Assembly: GCA_046350795.1 (NCBI GenBank)
Contig: JAXLZT010000001.1
Span: 80,468-144,467 of the forward strand
Length of the DNA stretch: 64,000 nt
Direction: 5' to 3'
Source of the DNA: Minisyncoccota bacterium
GTDB lineage: Bacteria; Patescibacteriota; Minisyncoccia; Phycocordibacterales; CALRHW01
This document shows positions 27,872-37,334 of this stretch, one piece after another. Under the pieces are notes generated by a model. That model saw only the letters and a list, made by a program, of their open reading frames with translations. It made no database searches and had not been told where the DNA came from. A program made the translations under genes and the position numbers. Positions within the stretch are counted from its first letter, which is position 1; each line of letters starts with the position of its first letter.

Positions 27872-30016
27872 CTATTTTCGAGACTCAACAATAGTCTTCT
27901 CCACGTTTGGAGGTACGATTTCGTAGTGATCGAATTCCATTCCAGCGTTTCCACGACCTTCTGTCATAGAGCGAAGCTGTGTAGTGTATCCAAACATTTC
28001 AGAAAGAGGCACCATCGCACGAATTACTTTTATATTCGCAGGACGATCTTCAAAGCCTTCGATAGTTGCACGCTTTGATGAAAGGCTACCCGTAATATCT
28101 CCAAAGAATTTTTCAGGCACAGTCACTTCTACTTTCATTATAGGCTCCAAGATAACAGGTCGTGCTTTCTTTGCGGCTTCTTGGAAAGCTTGTGAAGCGG
28201 CGATTTTGTAAGCGATTTCAGATGAGTCCACATCATGGTAAGAACCAAAAGTAAGCTCACAGGATACGTTTACCATTTTGTAGCCAGCCACGATACCTCT
28301 ATCCATAGCTTCTTTTACTCCCTTTTCTACAGCAGGAATAAACTCCTGAGGAATAACTCCTCCTTTGATAGAATCAATAAACTCAAATTCATCGTATCGT
28401 TTTACGTTTTTTGGTACCTTTGCTCCCTCTTCAAGCTTTTCCATAGGCTTGATAGTGATACGCACGTGACCGTACTGACCTTTTCCTCCAGATTGCTTGA
28501 TATATTTGTGTTCTGCCTCAGCAGTACCTGTAATAGTTTCCTTGTATGACACTTGTGGCTGACCGACGTTTGCTTCTACAGCAAATTCTCGTTTCATACG
28601 ATCCACCATGATTTCTAGATGCAACTCTCCCATTCCTGAGATAATAGTCTCACCTGTGTCAGAGTTTGAACTGATTTTAAATGTAGGATCTTCGTCTGAA
28701 AGTTTTTTTAGAGCAATACCCATCTTTTCCTGATCAGCTTTTGTCTTTGGCTCTATACGTAGAGATACCACAGGCTCTACGAATTTAATAGGATCAAGAA
28801 CTATCGGATTATTTTCATCAGAGAAAGTGTGAGATGTACGTGCAGATTTTAGTCCCACAGCAGCAGCGATCTCTCCAGCAAAAACTTTTTTCACTTCTTC
28901 TCGCTTGTCTGCTTGTAGTCGCACGATACGACCAAGTCGTTCTTTTTCACCAGTTGTTGAGTTGTAAATATATGTTCCCGCTTCGATAGTACCAGAATAC
29001 ACGCGGAAGAATGTGAGCTGTCCTACGAATGGGTCGTTTTGTAGTTTGAAAGCAAGTGCAGCAAATGGCTCTGTATCAGATGCTTTACGCTCTATAGTCT
29101 CTCCTGTCTTTGGATCCAGACCCGTTACAGGTGGAATATCAAGTGGAGACGGAAGGTACTCCACCACACCGTCGAGCACTAGCTGTACTCCTTTATTTTT
29201 TAGAGCAGAACCAGCGTATACAGGAATGAGTTTTACAGCTAGAGTCGCTTTTCGAAGGGTTGCCTTTAGCTCTGCAAGAGACGGCTCTTTTCCCTCTAGG
29301 TACATACTCATCTGTGCATCATCTTGCTCTACGATTTTTTCTATAAGCTCTGCGCGAAACTTTTTTGCTTCTTCTAAATATTCAGCAGGGATTTCAGCCT
29401 CACGAATAGTGTTACCCATGTTTCCTTCAAAATAGTAGGCCTTCATTTTCAAAAGATCTATCACACCTTCGAAATTTTCTTCTAGACCAATAGGAATCTG
29501 CACTCGCACAGCATTTTTATTTAGTCTGTCTACGATAGACTTGTATGAACGCTCAAAGCTTGCACCCATTCGATCGAGTTTGTTTATAAAACACACTCGT
29601 GGCACCTTTCCATCATCAGCATATCGCCAGTTGGTCTCAGATTGAGGCTCCACTCCAGCCACTCCGTCGAAAACTACCACAGCTCCGTCGAGTACTCGCA
29701 AAGAACGCTTTACCTCAGCAGTAAAGTCGATGTGTCCCGGTGTGTCGATAATATTGAATCGAAACATTTTCGCAGGATCTTTTACCTCGTATGTAGGATT
29801 CCAGAAACATGTGATAGCAGCGGCAGTAATAGTGATACCTCGCTCTCTCTCCTGCTCCATCCAGTCAGTAGTAGTGTTTCCTTCGTGCACTTCACCTATT
29901 TTGTGGCTTTCTCCTGTGTAATAAAGTACGCGCTCTGATGTAGTCGTCTTTCCAGCGTCGATATGCGCAATGATTCCAAAATTTCTAACTTTCTCTAATG
30001 GGTAGTCTCTGTTCAT
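27872..30016 (-). CDS. fusA: elongation factor G
   Basis: [19 protein letters not shown], five-domain EF-G length. Confidence 0.96.
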   Translation of the reverse strand: MNRDYPLEKVRNFGIIAHIDAGKTTTSERVLYYTGESHKIGEVHEGNTTTDWMEQERERGITITAAAITCFWNPTYEVKDPAKMFRFNIIDTPGHIDFTAEVKRSLRVLDGAVVVFDGVAGVEPQSETNWRYADDGKVPRVCFINKLDRMGASFERSYKSIVDRLNKNAVRVQIPIGLEENFEGVIDLLKMKAYYFEGNMGNTIREAEIPAEYLEEAKKFRAELIEKIVEQDDAQMSMYLEGKEPSLAELKATLRKATLAVKLIPVYAGSALKNKGVQLVLDGVVEYLPSPLDIPPVTGLDPKTGETIERKASDTEPFAALAFKLQNDPFVGQLTFFRVYSGTIEAGTYIYNSTTGEKERLGRIVRLQADKREEVKKVFAGEIAAAVGLKSARTSHTFSDENNPIVLDPIKFVEPVVSLRIEPKTKADQEKMGIALKKLSDEDPTFKISSNSDTGETIISGMGELHLEIMVDRMKREFAVEANVGQPQVSYKETITGTAEAEHKYIKQSGGKGQYGHVRITIKPMEKLEEGAKVPKNVKRYDEFEFIDSIKGGVIPQEFIPAVEKGVKEAMDRGIVAGYKMVNVSCELTFGSYHDVDSSEIAYKIAASQAFQEAAKKARPVILEPIMKVEVTVPEKFFGDITGSLSSKRATIEGFEDRPANIKVIRAMVPLSEMFGYTTQLRSMTEGRGNAGMEFDHYEIVPPNVEKTIVESRK

Positions 30017-30041
30017 AAGTATTTTTGTTCTGTTTTATTTA

Positions 30042-30566
30042 TTAGAAAAAGAGTCGGCTAAATACAAAGAAGAAGTAAGCCAAGACGATAACAAGAACGA
30101 TACCGCCAATAGAGAAATTCCTACCCTGCTTCTTGAACACTGTATTCCCTTCTCCCTGAAGACAAGTCATTACAATGATAAATGAGCCAAAAGCGAGTAC
30201 TGCTACTGAGCCAAGAGATTTGTAAAGCACATCCTTATCAGCAATAACATCCCAAATAGCAAGTACACCAAGAAGTGCCAAAATAGCAGCTGAAATTATT
30301 AGTATTACTACAGTTACGCTTCTTATTACTTGAAAAGCTGGATTTGCTACTACTGGCATAGTGATTTCTACAGCATTTTTACTTTGCATAAACTTTCCAG
30401 CGACCATTATTACTACAGCAACCGCCGCAAGAAGACCTAGAGTCTCAAAAGATTTTACGATTACATCGCTAGCAAAGAAATCCCAAATACCCAACACTGA
30501 GATGATAGAAAGCAAAGCTACCGCACAAATAAAAATAAGCCCAGCAACGTCTTGAAGTTTTTTCAT
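30042..30566 (-). CDS. hypothetical 4-TM membrane protein with internal two-fold duplication (inserted between rpsG and fusA)
   Basis: halves LLSIISVLGIWDFFASDVIVKSFETLGLLAAVAVVIMVAG and ILALLGVLAIWDVIADKDVLYKSLGSVAVLAFGSFIIVMT align. Confidence 0.55.
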   Translation of the reverse strand: MKKLQDVAGLIFICAVALLSIISVLGIWDFFASDVIVKSFETLGLLAAVAVVIMVAGKFMQSKNAVEITMPVVANPAFQVIRSVTVVILIISAAILALLGVLAIWDVIADKDVLYKSLGSVAVLAFGSFIIVMTCLQGEGNTVFKKQGRNFSIGGIVLVIVLAYFFFVFSRLFF

Positions 30567-30609
30567 AAAAACATTTACTAATTTTTAATTATTAAAATAC
30601 TAACCAATT

Positions 30610-31080
30610 TTACCATGCAAAATGAGCAAAAGCTTTGTTTGCTTCAGCCATCTTGTGTGTGTTTTCTCGCTTCTTCACAGCCTCACCTTCATTTTTACTT
30701 GCTGCGATTATTTCCTCAGCTAGTCTCATGTGCATAGGAGAGCCTTTTTTTGCACGAGCTGCCTCGATAATCCATTTCATAGATAGAGCTAGCTTTCTCT
30801 CTGGTCGTACTTCACGAGGAATTTGATAGTTGGCACCTCCCACTCGGCGAGATCGCACCTCCATCAAAGGGCCAGTATTTTTCAAAGCCATATCAAGAAC
30901 CTCAATAGGGTCTTCTGTTTTTTGCTTCTCTTTTATCTCTTGTAGAGCACCGTATACTATCTTTTGAGCAGTCTGCTTTTTGCCACTGTCCATCACATAG
31001 TTGATAAGCTTGCCCACTTTTGTGGAGTCGTATGTAAAGTCTGGACCTACTATATTTCTATTTTTTACTTTTCTTCGCAT
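30610..31080 (-). CDS. rpsG: 30S ribosomal protein S7 (uS7)
   Basis: MRRKVKNRNIVGPD..., GGANYQIPREVRPERKLAL..., AFAHFAW C-terminus. Confidence 0.93.
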   Translation of the reverse strand: MRRKVKNRNIVGPDFTYDSTKVGKLINYVMDSGKKQTAQKIVYGALQEIKEKQKTEDPIEVLDMALKNTGPLMEVRSRRVGGANYQIPREVRPERKLALSMKWIIEAARAKKGSPMHMRLAEEIIAASKNEGEAVKKRENTHKMAEANKAFAHFAW

Positions 31081-31097
31081 GGGAAATTCTGTTTATT

Positions 31098-31508
31098 TTA
31101 TTTCTTAGGCTTTTTAGCTCCGTACACAGATCGACTTGTCATTCTGTCTGCAACGCCAGTAGCATCAAGTACTCCTCGCACGATAGTGTATCGTAGACCT
31201 ACGTCCTTTACACGTCCACCTCGTATCATTACCACTGAATGCTCTTGGAGATTGTGACCAATACCTGGGATGTATGCTGTGACTTCCATACCGTTTGTAA
31301 GGCGTACACGAGCGATTTTTCGGATAGCTGAGTTTGGCTTTTTAGGAGTCTTTGTTGTCACTTTTGTACATACACCTCGCTTGAAAGGAGCAGGATAGTA
31401 GACTGGTCGGTTTTTGATAACGTTAAATCCACGAGAAAGAGCGACAGCTTTTGACTTTCGCTTGTTTTTACTTCTCTTTCGTTTTACGAGCTGATTTATC
31501 GTTGACAT
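31098..31508 (-). CDS. rpsL: 30S ribosomal protein S12 (uS12)
   Basis: MSTINQLV...[45 protein letters not shown]; start at MSTINQ. Confidence 0.94.
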   Translation of the reverse strand: MSTINQLVKRKRSKNKRKSKAVALSRGFNVIKNRPVYYPAPFKRGVCTKVTTKTPKKPNSAIRKIARVRLTNGMEVTAYIPGIGHNLQEHSVVMIRGGRVKDVGLRYTIVRGVLDATGVADRMTSRSVYGAKKPKK

Positions 31509-31610
31509 TTTGTCGATCGGCACAATTTGCCGAATAAAAAACCGCCTAGCGGAATACCACACACTTTAATATGTAACCGTAAAAAATGCAAGCGCCTTGG
31601 CGACTGCCGG

Positions 31611-32225
31611 CTAAAAACCAAGACCTGTAATCAAAGAAAAGAAAAATCCTATGATCGGAGATAAAAATCCAGCTAGGAAAAATATGAAGAAAAGCACCAT
31701 AACAAAGCCGTAGGATTCAAAAGCATTTCTAAATCTCTGGAAGTGATATGGCAATACAGAGAAAAGTATTTTTGAACCATCAAGTGGTGGAATGGGTACC
31801 AGATTAAAAACAGCAAGCATTAGATTGATGATGACCAATGTCGCAGAAATAGAAATAAATGCCGGTGAAAGTAACCCAGATCCTCCCGCGAATCTAATGA
31901 GTAAACCAAAAAATAAAGCAATGATAATATTGGACGCCGGCCCAGCCCCCGCTACTATCGCCTCTCCCCATCGTCGCGCGCGCAGATTGTAAGGATTATA
32001 CGGCACTGGTTTTGCCCAACCAAAAAGAAATCCTGATTTTGTAATAACCAAAAACGCGGGAATAATAATAGAACCCCAAAGATCGAGGTGTTTTATAGGG
32101 TTTAAAGTAAGTCTTCCCTGATGTTTGGCGGTAGGATCACCCAACATATAAGCTGCATATCCGTGAGATACTTCGTGTACCACTACGGACATTACCAAAA
32201 GAATAATTTGAAAAAAGGTTTCCAT
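31611..32225 (-). CDS. site-2 protease family (M50) zinc metalloprotease
   Basis: HEVSHG (HExxH) in TM helix and NLVPIPPLDGSKIL (LDG motif). Confidence 0.8.
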   Translation of the reverse strand: METFFQIILLVMSVVVHEVSHGYAAYMLGDPTAKHQGRLTLNPIKHLDLWGSIIIPAFLVITKSGFLFGWAKPVPYNPYNLRARRWGEAIVAGAGPASNIIIALFFGLLIRFAGGSGLLSPAFISISATLVIINLMLAVFNLVPIPPLDGSKILFSVLPYHFQRFRNAFESYGFVMVLFFIFFLAGFLSPIIGFFFSLITGLGF

Positions 32226-32278
32226 ATACTTGCCAAATATGAAACATATGATAGCATACAGAACATTCATTTAAAAAC

Positions 32279-32521
32279 ATGGCTAATACATGCGCAGTTA
32301 CAAAAAGGGGTTCAATTGTTGGCGGTGGCTATAGCAACCGTACTCGTGCTACACAATTTAATCCAACAGGAAAAGTCCGAAAATACCTAAATCTTCAAAA
32401 GAAGAAAATCTACGTGCCTGAATTAAAAAAGTACGTAAATATTACACTATCCACACGAGCGATAAAGACTATTAATAAAAACGGGGCTTTCGCAACACTA
32501 AAGAAAGCAGGACTAATTTAA
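32279..32521 (+). CDS. rpmB: 50S ribosomal protein L28 (bL28)
   Basis: MANTCAVTKRGSIVGGGYSNRTRATQFNPTGKVRKY... Confidence 0.85.
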   Translation: MANTCAVTKRGSIVGGGYSNRTRATQFNPTGKVRKYLNLQKKKIYVPELKKYVNITLSTRAIKTINKNGAFATLKKAGLI

Positions 32522-32546
32522 AAAACCGCCTTCGGGCGGTTTTTTG
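32521..32546 (+). terminator. terminator CCGCC-ttcg-GGCGG plus T-run
   Basis: seen in sequence right after rpmB. Confidence 0.7.
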
Positions 32547-32618
32547 CAATTGAAAACCCCACGCGCAGATACGCATGGGGTCGTGATTCATGATTGCCCG
32601 GAATCAATTCGGGTCAGG

Positions 32619-33356
32619 TCAGCCCCTCTCTCCCAACAACTCTTGATCTATGGGAGAAAATTTCGCCCTCGCCACACTCCAGTAGCGTCCTGCCTCTGAG
32701 ACAAGACCAAACTTCAGAGCAGCGGCATACAGCGATGAAAACTCCCTCTTGCGGTAATAACGATGAAACGCGGCCCGACACTGCTCATCCATACTCAGCT
32801 TCTTGTCACCCAAAGAAAGTTCCGCCTTGAGCACCATGAAGGCCAAGTCAACGAGGTGGCGTTCGACCATTTCCCTGCCCAGAGACTCACCCAGATACTC
32901 GCTTCCAAGACCGAGCTCATCCCGAAGACTGTGGATGTTGCGCACGATCTCAACACCAGCAGAACGGAGGCGGTCAAAATGACGACGAAACTTGATGACA
33001 ATCTCAAGCAGGATGAAGGAGATTGCCATGGCGATGGTGTGGTATACCAACTGAAAATCTGGTTCAAAGGACCACACAACAATTCCCAAGGAGGACAAGG
33101 TCGTCCCGAACCCGAAGAGAATAATCAGCCACATCACAATCCCCAGAATGTGAAACAGTCGGTCCGCCCTCAACACACCGTCAACCGTTTGCTGAGTTTT
33201 CTCCCAGCCAATCCATCGATCGACAAGATCCCTCGACGCCAGATTCTGATTAAGAACAGATTGCAGTGTCATTACGACACTCCTTGTTGCCCAGATTGAA
33301 ATTGGTGGGGTCAGCCACATCCATTTGCAAGTGTCAGCAAGCAAAGGATACTTCAA
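32619..33356 (-). CDS. hypothetical high-GC protein with two central TM helices and helical C-terminal domain
   Basis: TM1 FHILGIVMWLIILFGFGTTL, TM2 HTIAMAISFILLEIVI; GC and codon usage differ from flanks; start ambiguous (33356/33320/33272). Confidence 0.5.
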   Translation of the reverse strand: MKYPLLADTCKWMWLTPPISIWATRSVVMTLQSVLNQNLASRDLVDRWIGWEKTQQTVDGVLRADRLFHILGIVMWLIILFGFGTTLSSLGIVVWSFEPDFQLVYHTIAMAISFILLEIVIKFRRHFDRLRSAGVEIVRNIHSLRDELGLGSEYLGESLGREMVERHLVDLAFMVLKAELSLGDKKLSMDEQCRAAFHRYYRKREFSSLYAAALKFGLVSEAGRYWSVARAKFSPIDQELLGERG

Positions 33357-33423
33357 TTTCTGATAATGCGGGCCACATTTCTCTAAAGTTGATTAAATAT
33401 CGTTTTTAGTTAAAAGTCAATGT

Positions 33424-34329
33424 CTATTTTCTACCAAACCACCCCTCCCCGTCTGATTCAAAAATAATCGTGCCACTATCGTACGTACCAAAAATCTGAA
33501 TTTTATTCTCTTTTAAACGATGAGTGACTTCTGGGCTCGGATGACCATAAGAATTGTTTTTTCCAGCAGAGATAACTGCGTATTTAGGTAAAACTTTTTG
33601 CAAAAAATCCTGACTTGTAGAAGTTTTTGATCCATGATGACCCACTTTTAAGATATCGCTATATAAATGCGCGCTACTTGTAGCAGAAAGACCCGTCTCA
33701 AGTGCGACCAAATATTTTTCTGTTTTTTCTGGAGCATCACCAGTGAGCATTATAGATGTGTTTTTATACACCAACTTCGCGACTATCGAGCCGTCATTTG
33801 TAGAAAAAGTCGATACGTCTTTGTCAGGAAAAAGTATGAATAGATGCACGTCAGTATCAAGTAAAAAATCCATGCCTCGGCGTGCGATTATCTTTTTTGC
33901 TGGCACATCATTTATATTTTTCTCTGTAGCAATAGCTTTCTCTAAATTTTTATATACCTGTGTGTCAGTGACTGTCCCAGGCTCGACCACCAAACCAACA
34001 TCAAACTTTTTTAAAACACCAAGAAAACCTTCTATATGATCCCTATCGGGATTTGTTACCACAATCATGTCTATTGAATCATCAAAAAAAGACATTCGTT
34101 TTGATAATTCACCAATGACATTATTACCAGGTCCTCCATCTACAAGAATCTGATTTCCGTTGGGGGTTTCAATAAAAATAGCGTCACCCTGTCCAATATT
34201 TAAAAAAGCAACCTCAAGCAAACCACCGCCTTTGCTAGAAAAGATAAACACCTGATACCAGACAAGCATTGAAGTAATAACGAAAAGTGTTATGAGCGAA
34301 AGTCGTGGGTATTTAAATAAGTTTTTCAT
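33424..34329 (-). CDS. ComEC/Rec2-related membrane-anchored MBL-fold protein (ComEC C-terminal domain as separate gene)
   Basis: N-terminal TM then LNIGQGDAIFIETPNGNQILVDGG and HHGSKTS MBL motifs. Confidence 0.75.
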   Translation of the reverse strand: MKNLFKYPRLSLITLFVITSMLVWYQVFIFSSKGGGLLEVAFLNIGQGDAIFIETPNGNQILVDGGPGNNVIGELSKRMSFFDDSIDMIVVTNPDRDHIEGFLGVLKKFDVGLVVEPGTVTDTQVYKNLEKAIATEKNINDVPAKKIIARRGMDFLLDTDVHLFILFPDKDVSTFSTNDGSIVAKLVYKNTSIMLTGDAPEKTEKYLVALETGLSATSSAHLYSDILKVGHHGSKTSTSQDFLQKVLPKYAVISAGKNNSYGHPSPEVTHRLKENKIQIFGTYDSGTIIFESDGEGWFGRK

Positions 34330-34473
34330 GATGAAGGTGATTTTTGGATTATGACCTTCGAAGGGGGTCGCGAGCGCGACGGTGCGAGCGTTTCAGGACT
34401 TTTTAAGCTTCAAAAAGTCCGTACCCTGAGAATGTCATAATCCAAAAATCAAATAATTTGATATGATAAACGC

Positions 34474-35073
34474 ATGAAACCATACACAGAACAAAAATTT
34501 AATATTCCAGAGCTTACAGGTATTTCTAAGAAAAATATCGAAGAGCATCTCAAGCTTTACTCAGGGTATGTAAAAAATACCAACCTTATAGCAGAAAAAA
34601 TAGCCGATCTGCAAAAAGACAGCGAAAAAAATGCTTACATGATCGGCGAGCTTCAGAGGCGTTTTGGTTTTGAATTTGATGGAATGAGAAATCATGAATA
34701 TTATTTTAAAAGCTTAGAGGGCGGACACTCAGAGATCAACGCAGGTGACCTAAAGAGTATGATTGAGTCCCAGTTTGGTAGCTTTGACGCTTGGCTTGCT
34801 ACATTTACAGCTATGGCAATGACTCGAGGAGTGGGCTGGGCAATGCTTTACTACGATCATCACGCTGGACAGCTCGTACATGCTTGGGTAGAAGAACAAC
34901 ACCTCGGACATCTTACCGGTCTACAGCCAGTCCTCGCTCTCGATATGTGGGAACATGCATATGTATATGACTATGCAACATCTGAAAAGAAAAAATACAT
35001 CGAGGCTTTTTTCAAAAATCTAAATTGGACTGCAATCGAAAATAATTTTACGGCGGCAAAGAAACTCGGCTAG
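34474..35073 (+). CDS. sodA: Fe/Mn superoxide dismutase
   Basis: HH..H N-terminal metal ligand region and DMWEHAYVYDY C-terminal motif. Confidence 0.9.
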   Translation: MKPYTEQKFNIPELTGISKKNIEEHLKLYSGYVKNTNLIAEKIADLQKDSEKNAYMIGELQRRFGFEFDGMRNHEYYFKSLEGGHSEINAGDLKSMIESQFGSFDAWLATFTAMAMTRGVGWAMLYYDHHAGQLVHAWVEEQHLGHLTGLQPVLALDMWEHAYVYDYATSEKKKYIEAFFKNLNWTAIENNFTAAKKLG

Positions 35074-36547
35074 AACGACCCCTTACCTTTCTCCATACGT
35101 AGACGACAGCAAAAACAAAATAGAAAGAAAAAACTAGCCACACGGACACTTGTGGCAAGTTTACATACGCAAAAGGCAAAGCTGAAAATATTTCTACAAC
35201 AGAAAGCATGTATTGCAGTAACAAATAAGCAAGATACCCCACCACAACAGAGAAAAAGCTACTCACGAAACCCAATATTCCTGCCAAAAAGCTCACAGCC
35301 ATAGCCATAGGCACCACAATTAACACTAAAATATTTGTAACAAGGGAAACTATAGACACCATGCCTGTCATGTATACAAGCATTGGCAAAAGAAAAACTT
35401 GAGTCGCTAAAGTCGAAGCAATAGTAGCGCGAATACCAAGTCTTTCTGGCAAAAACCATAAATACCTTTCAAAAAATGGCGAGCATACCACCAAAGCAAA
35501 TGTAGCCATACAAGAAAGCTGAAAAGATGGATCCGAAAGTAAAATAAATGGATTATGAAAGACCATCACACACGCGGCCAGAAAAAGTGCGCGCATGATG
35601 TCATACGTCCTGCCTGTCGATCTACCCACAAGTGCAATACAGGCCATGACAGAAGCACGTACCACTGTAGCACCACTACCAGTGATGAGAGCAAAAGCGA
35701 AAATACCAAATATTCCACCAGCTACACCAGCATACTTTGGCAGAAAAGAAAATATTTTTATTATAAAATCAGCGACTATAGTGACGTTGTATCCAGACAA
35801 TACCACTACATGTATGAGTCCGGACTGTCTGAATGCATTTGTAAGCTCTTTACCCAAAGAATGTTTTGCGCCAAGCAAAATGCCACCAGCTAGAGATGAG
35901 TGCGGCGCAGGTATTGCACTTTCTAAATTTTCTATAAAAGACTTCTTAGCAAACAGAAGTATACTTTTTATAAAATGACCTTGGCTGTGCGCTATGAGTG
36001 AGATCTCAGGCCGATACATTTGATAACCGATACCATCTTTTGCTAGATATGACACATAATCAAACTCTCTTCCTGTATCAGTTTCAAAATTTTCAGGCAA
36101 CTCAAGAGTGCCGGACACTAGCACTGAGTCTCCGTATGAAAAATCCTCACCCAAAGCATCATGAGCTACAGTAACCAGTATTTTCTTTTTAAAATTTTCA
36201 GCATAAGCAAATCTTTTTGGCAAAAAAGTAAGACGTGTATTATTTTCACGGATATCTGGCTCATCTACTATGAGCCCATCAATCTCTACATTTTCTCCTA
36301 CAAAATCTTCCAATGAATCATCTGAAAAATTATAAATAGCGTACGAATTCCGTAATATCCCTATGCTGGCCGAAAATACAAATACTGCACATAAAAAAAT
36401 CACAATAACCTTACGAAACAAAATAAAAACAAACAAAGATAAAACAAAAATCAATAAAGATAAGTAAAAACTCAATGGTACCAAAGAATCTATAGCCACA
36501 CCGCACAAAAAACCTGCCAAAACTGTGTATAAAATATAACCGCGCAT
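35048..36547 (-). CDS. comEC: ComEC/Rec2 DNA internalisation channel (DUF4131 + competence domain), lacks MBL domain
   Basis: multi-TM, GLIHVVVLSGYNVTIV competence-domain motif; 3' end overlaps sodA convergently by 26 nt. Confidence 0.8.
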   Translation of the reverse strand: MRGYILYTVLAGFLCGVAIDSLVPLSFYLSLLIFVLSLFVFILFRKVIVIFLCAVFVFSASIGILRNSYAIYNFSDDSLEDFVGENVEIDGLIVDEPDIRENNTRLTFLPKRFAYAENFKKKILVTVAHDALGEDFSYGDSVLVSGTLELPENFETDTGREFDYVSYLAKDGIGYQMYRPEISLIAHSQGHFIKSILLFAKKSFIENLESAIPAPHSSLAGGILLGAKHSLGKELTNAFRQSGLIHVVVLSGYNVTIVADFIIKIFSFLPKYAGVAGGIFGIFAFALITGSGATVVRASVMACIALVGRSTGRTYDIMRALFLAACVMVFHNPFILLSDPSFQLSCMATFALVVCSPFFERYLWFLPERLGIRATIASTLATQVFLLPMLVYMTGMVSIVSLVTNILVLIVVPMAMAVSFLAGILGFVSSFFSVVVGYLAYLLLQYMLSVVEIFSALPFAYVNLPQVSVWLVFSFYFVFAVVYVWRKVRGRSSRVSLPP

Positions 36548-36591
36548 CTATAAAATATAATGCGCAGTTATAAATTATTTTTAAATAAAAA

Positions 36592-37332
36592 CTAAAGTTT
36601 TTTCCAATCAGCAATAATCGCTTTTTCGTCACTTGCACTTAGCGCTTTTTTAAATTTAGCTCCTCGCACGCCTTTTACATGCTTTTCACACTCCGCCCAA
36701 GTAGTGTGCGTCTTTACAACACCATTTACCATACTGACATATGAATACGCTTTTGCGCGGGATCTACTTTTTGCTTCACTTTTGTCTTTTTTCTGTGCTA
36801 TTTGCCTTTCATCTAAAGAAACATTTTTTATACCACTTTTATATTCAGAAATTCTCCCAGAAAAAAGTGTTGGTGTATCTCCGGTTGCAAAACTAGACGC
36901 TATCTCATCTACCCTTTCATTACCCACAATACCAATATGACCACCAACGTAGACCCATTTTATTTTTACATCATTATTACGGAAATTTTCTACCAATAAA
37001 TCGAGCTTCTCCCACAAATCTCTATTTACCACATCTTCTTTTTGCAAAGTCTTCCAGTCACGCTTTTTCCAGTTGGAAATCCATTTTGTAATGCCATTTA
37101 TAACATAGCGTGAGTCTGTATATAGTGTGACAGATGCGGAAATTTTCTTACTAGCAAAATTTTCTAGCGCCTTTATAGCACCCACGAGCTCCATTCTGTT
37201 GTTGGTTGTATATGTTTCTCGTCCACCAAGCTCTACCACATCACCACCCGCAACAACAACAGCGCCCCACCCTCCCGGACCAGGATTTCCCTTTGATGCA
37301 CCATCACTAAATACAACGATTTCTTCTGTCAT
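36592..37332 (-). CDS. rnhA: ribonuclease HI with C-terminal hybrid-binding-like domain
   Basis: DGASKGNPGPGGWG, TNNRMEL, DSRYV catalytic motifs; C-terminal YSYVSMVNGVVKTHTTWAECEKHVKGVRGAKFKK resembles RNase H HBD/Cauli_VI domain. Confidence 0.85.
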   Translation of the reverse strand: MTEEIVVFSDGASKGNPGPGGWGAVVVAGGDVVELGGRETYTTNNRMELVGAIKALENFASKKISASVTLYTDSRYVINGITKWISNWKKRDWKTLQKEDVVNRDLWEKLDLLVENFRNNDVKIKWVYVGGHIGIVGNERVDEIASSFATGDTPTLFSGRISEYKSGIKNVSLDERQIAQKKDKSEAKSRSRAKAYSYVSMVNGVVKTHTTWAECEKHVKGVRGAKFKKALSASDEKAIIADWKKL

Positions 37333-37334
37333 TG

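Noticed and set aside
32763-33299. 178-aa plus-strand ORF antisense to the high-GC 2-TM gene
   Set aside because: Low-complexity Pro/Gln/His-rich translation without TM or fold signals. The minus-strand frame gives clean TM helices and is consistent with the rpmB terminator position.
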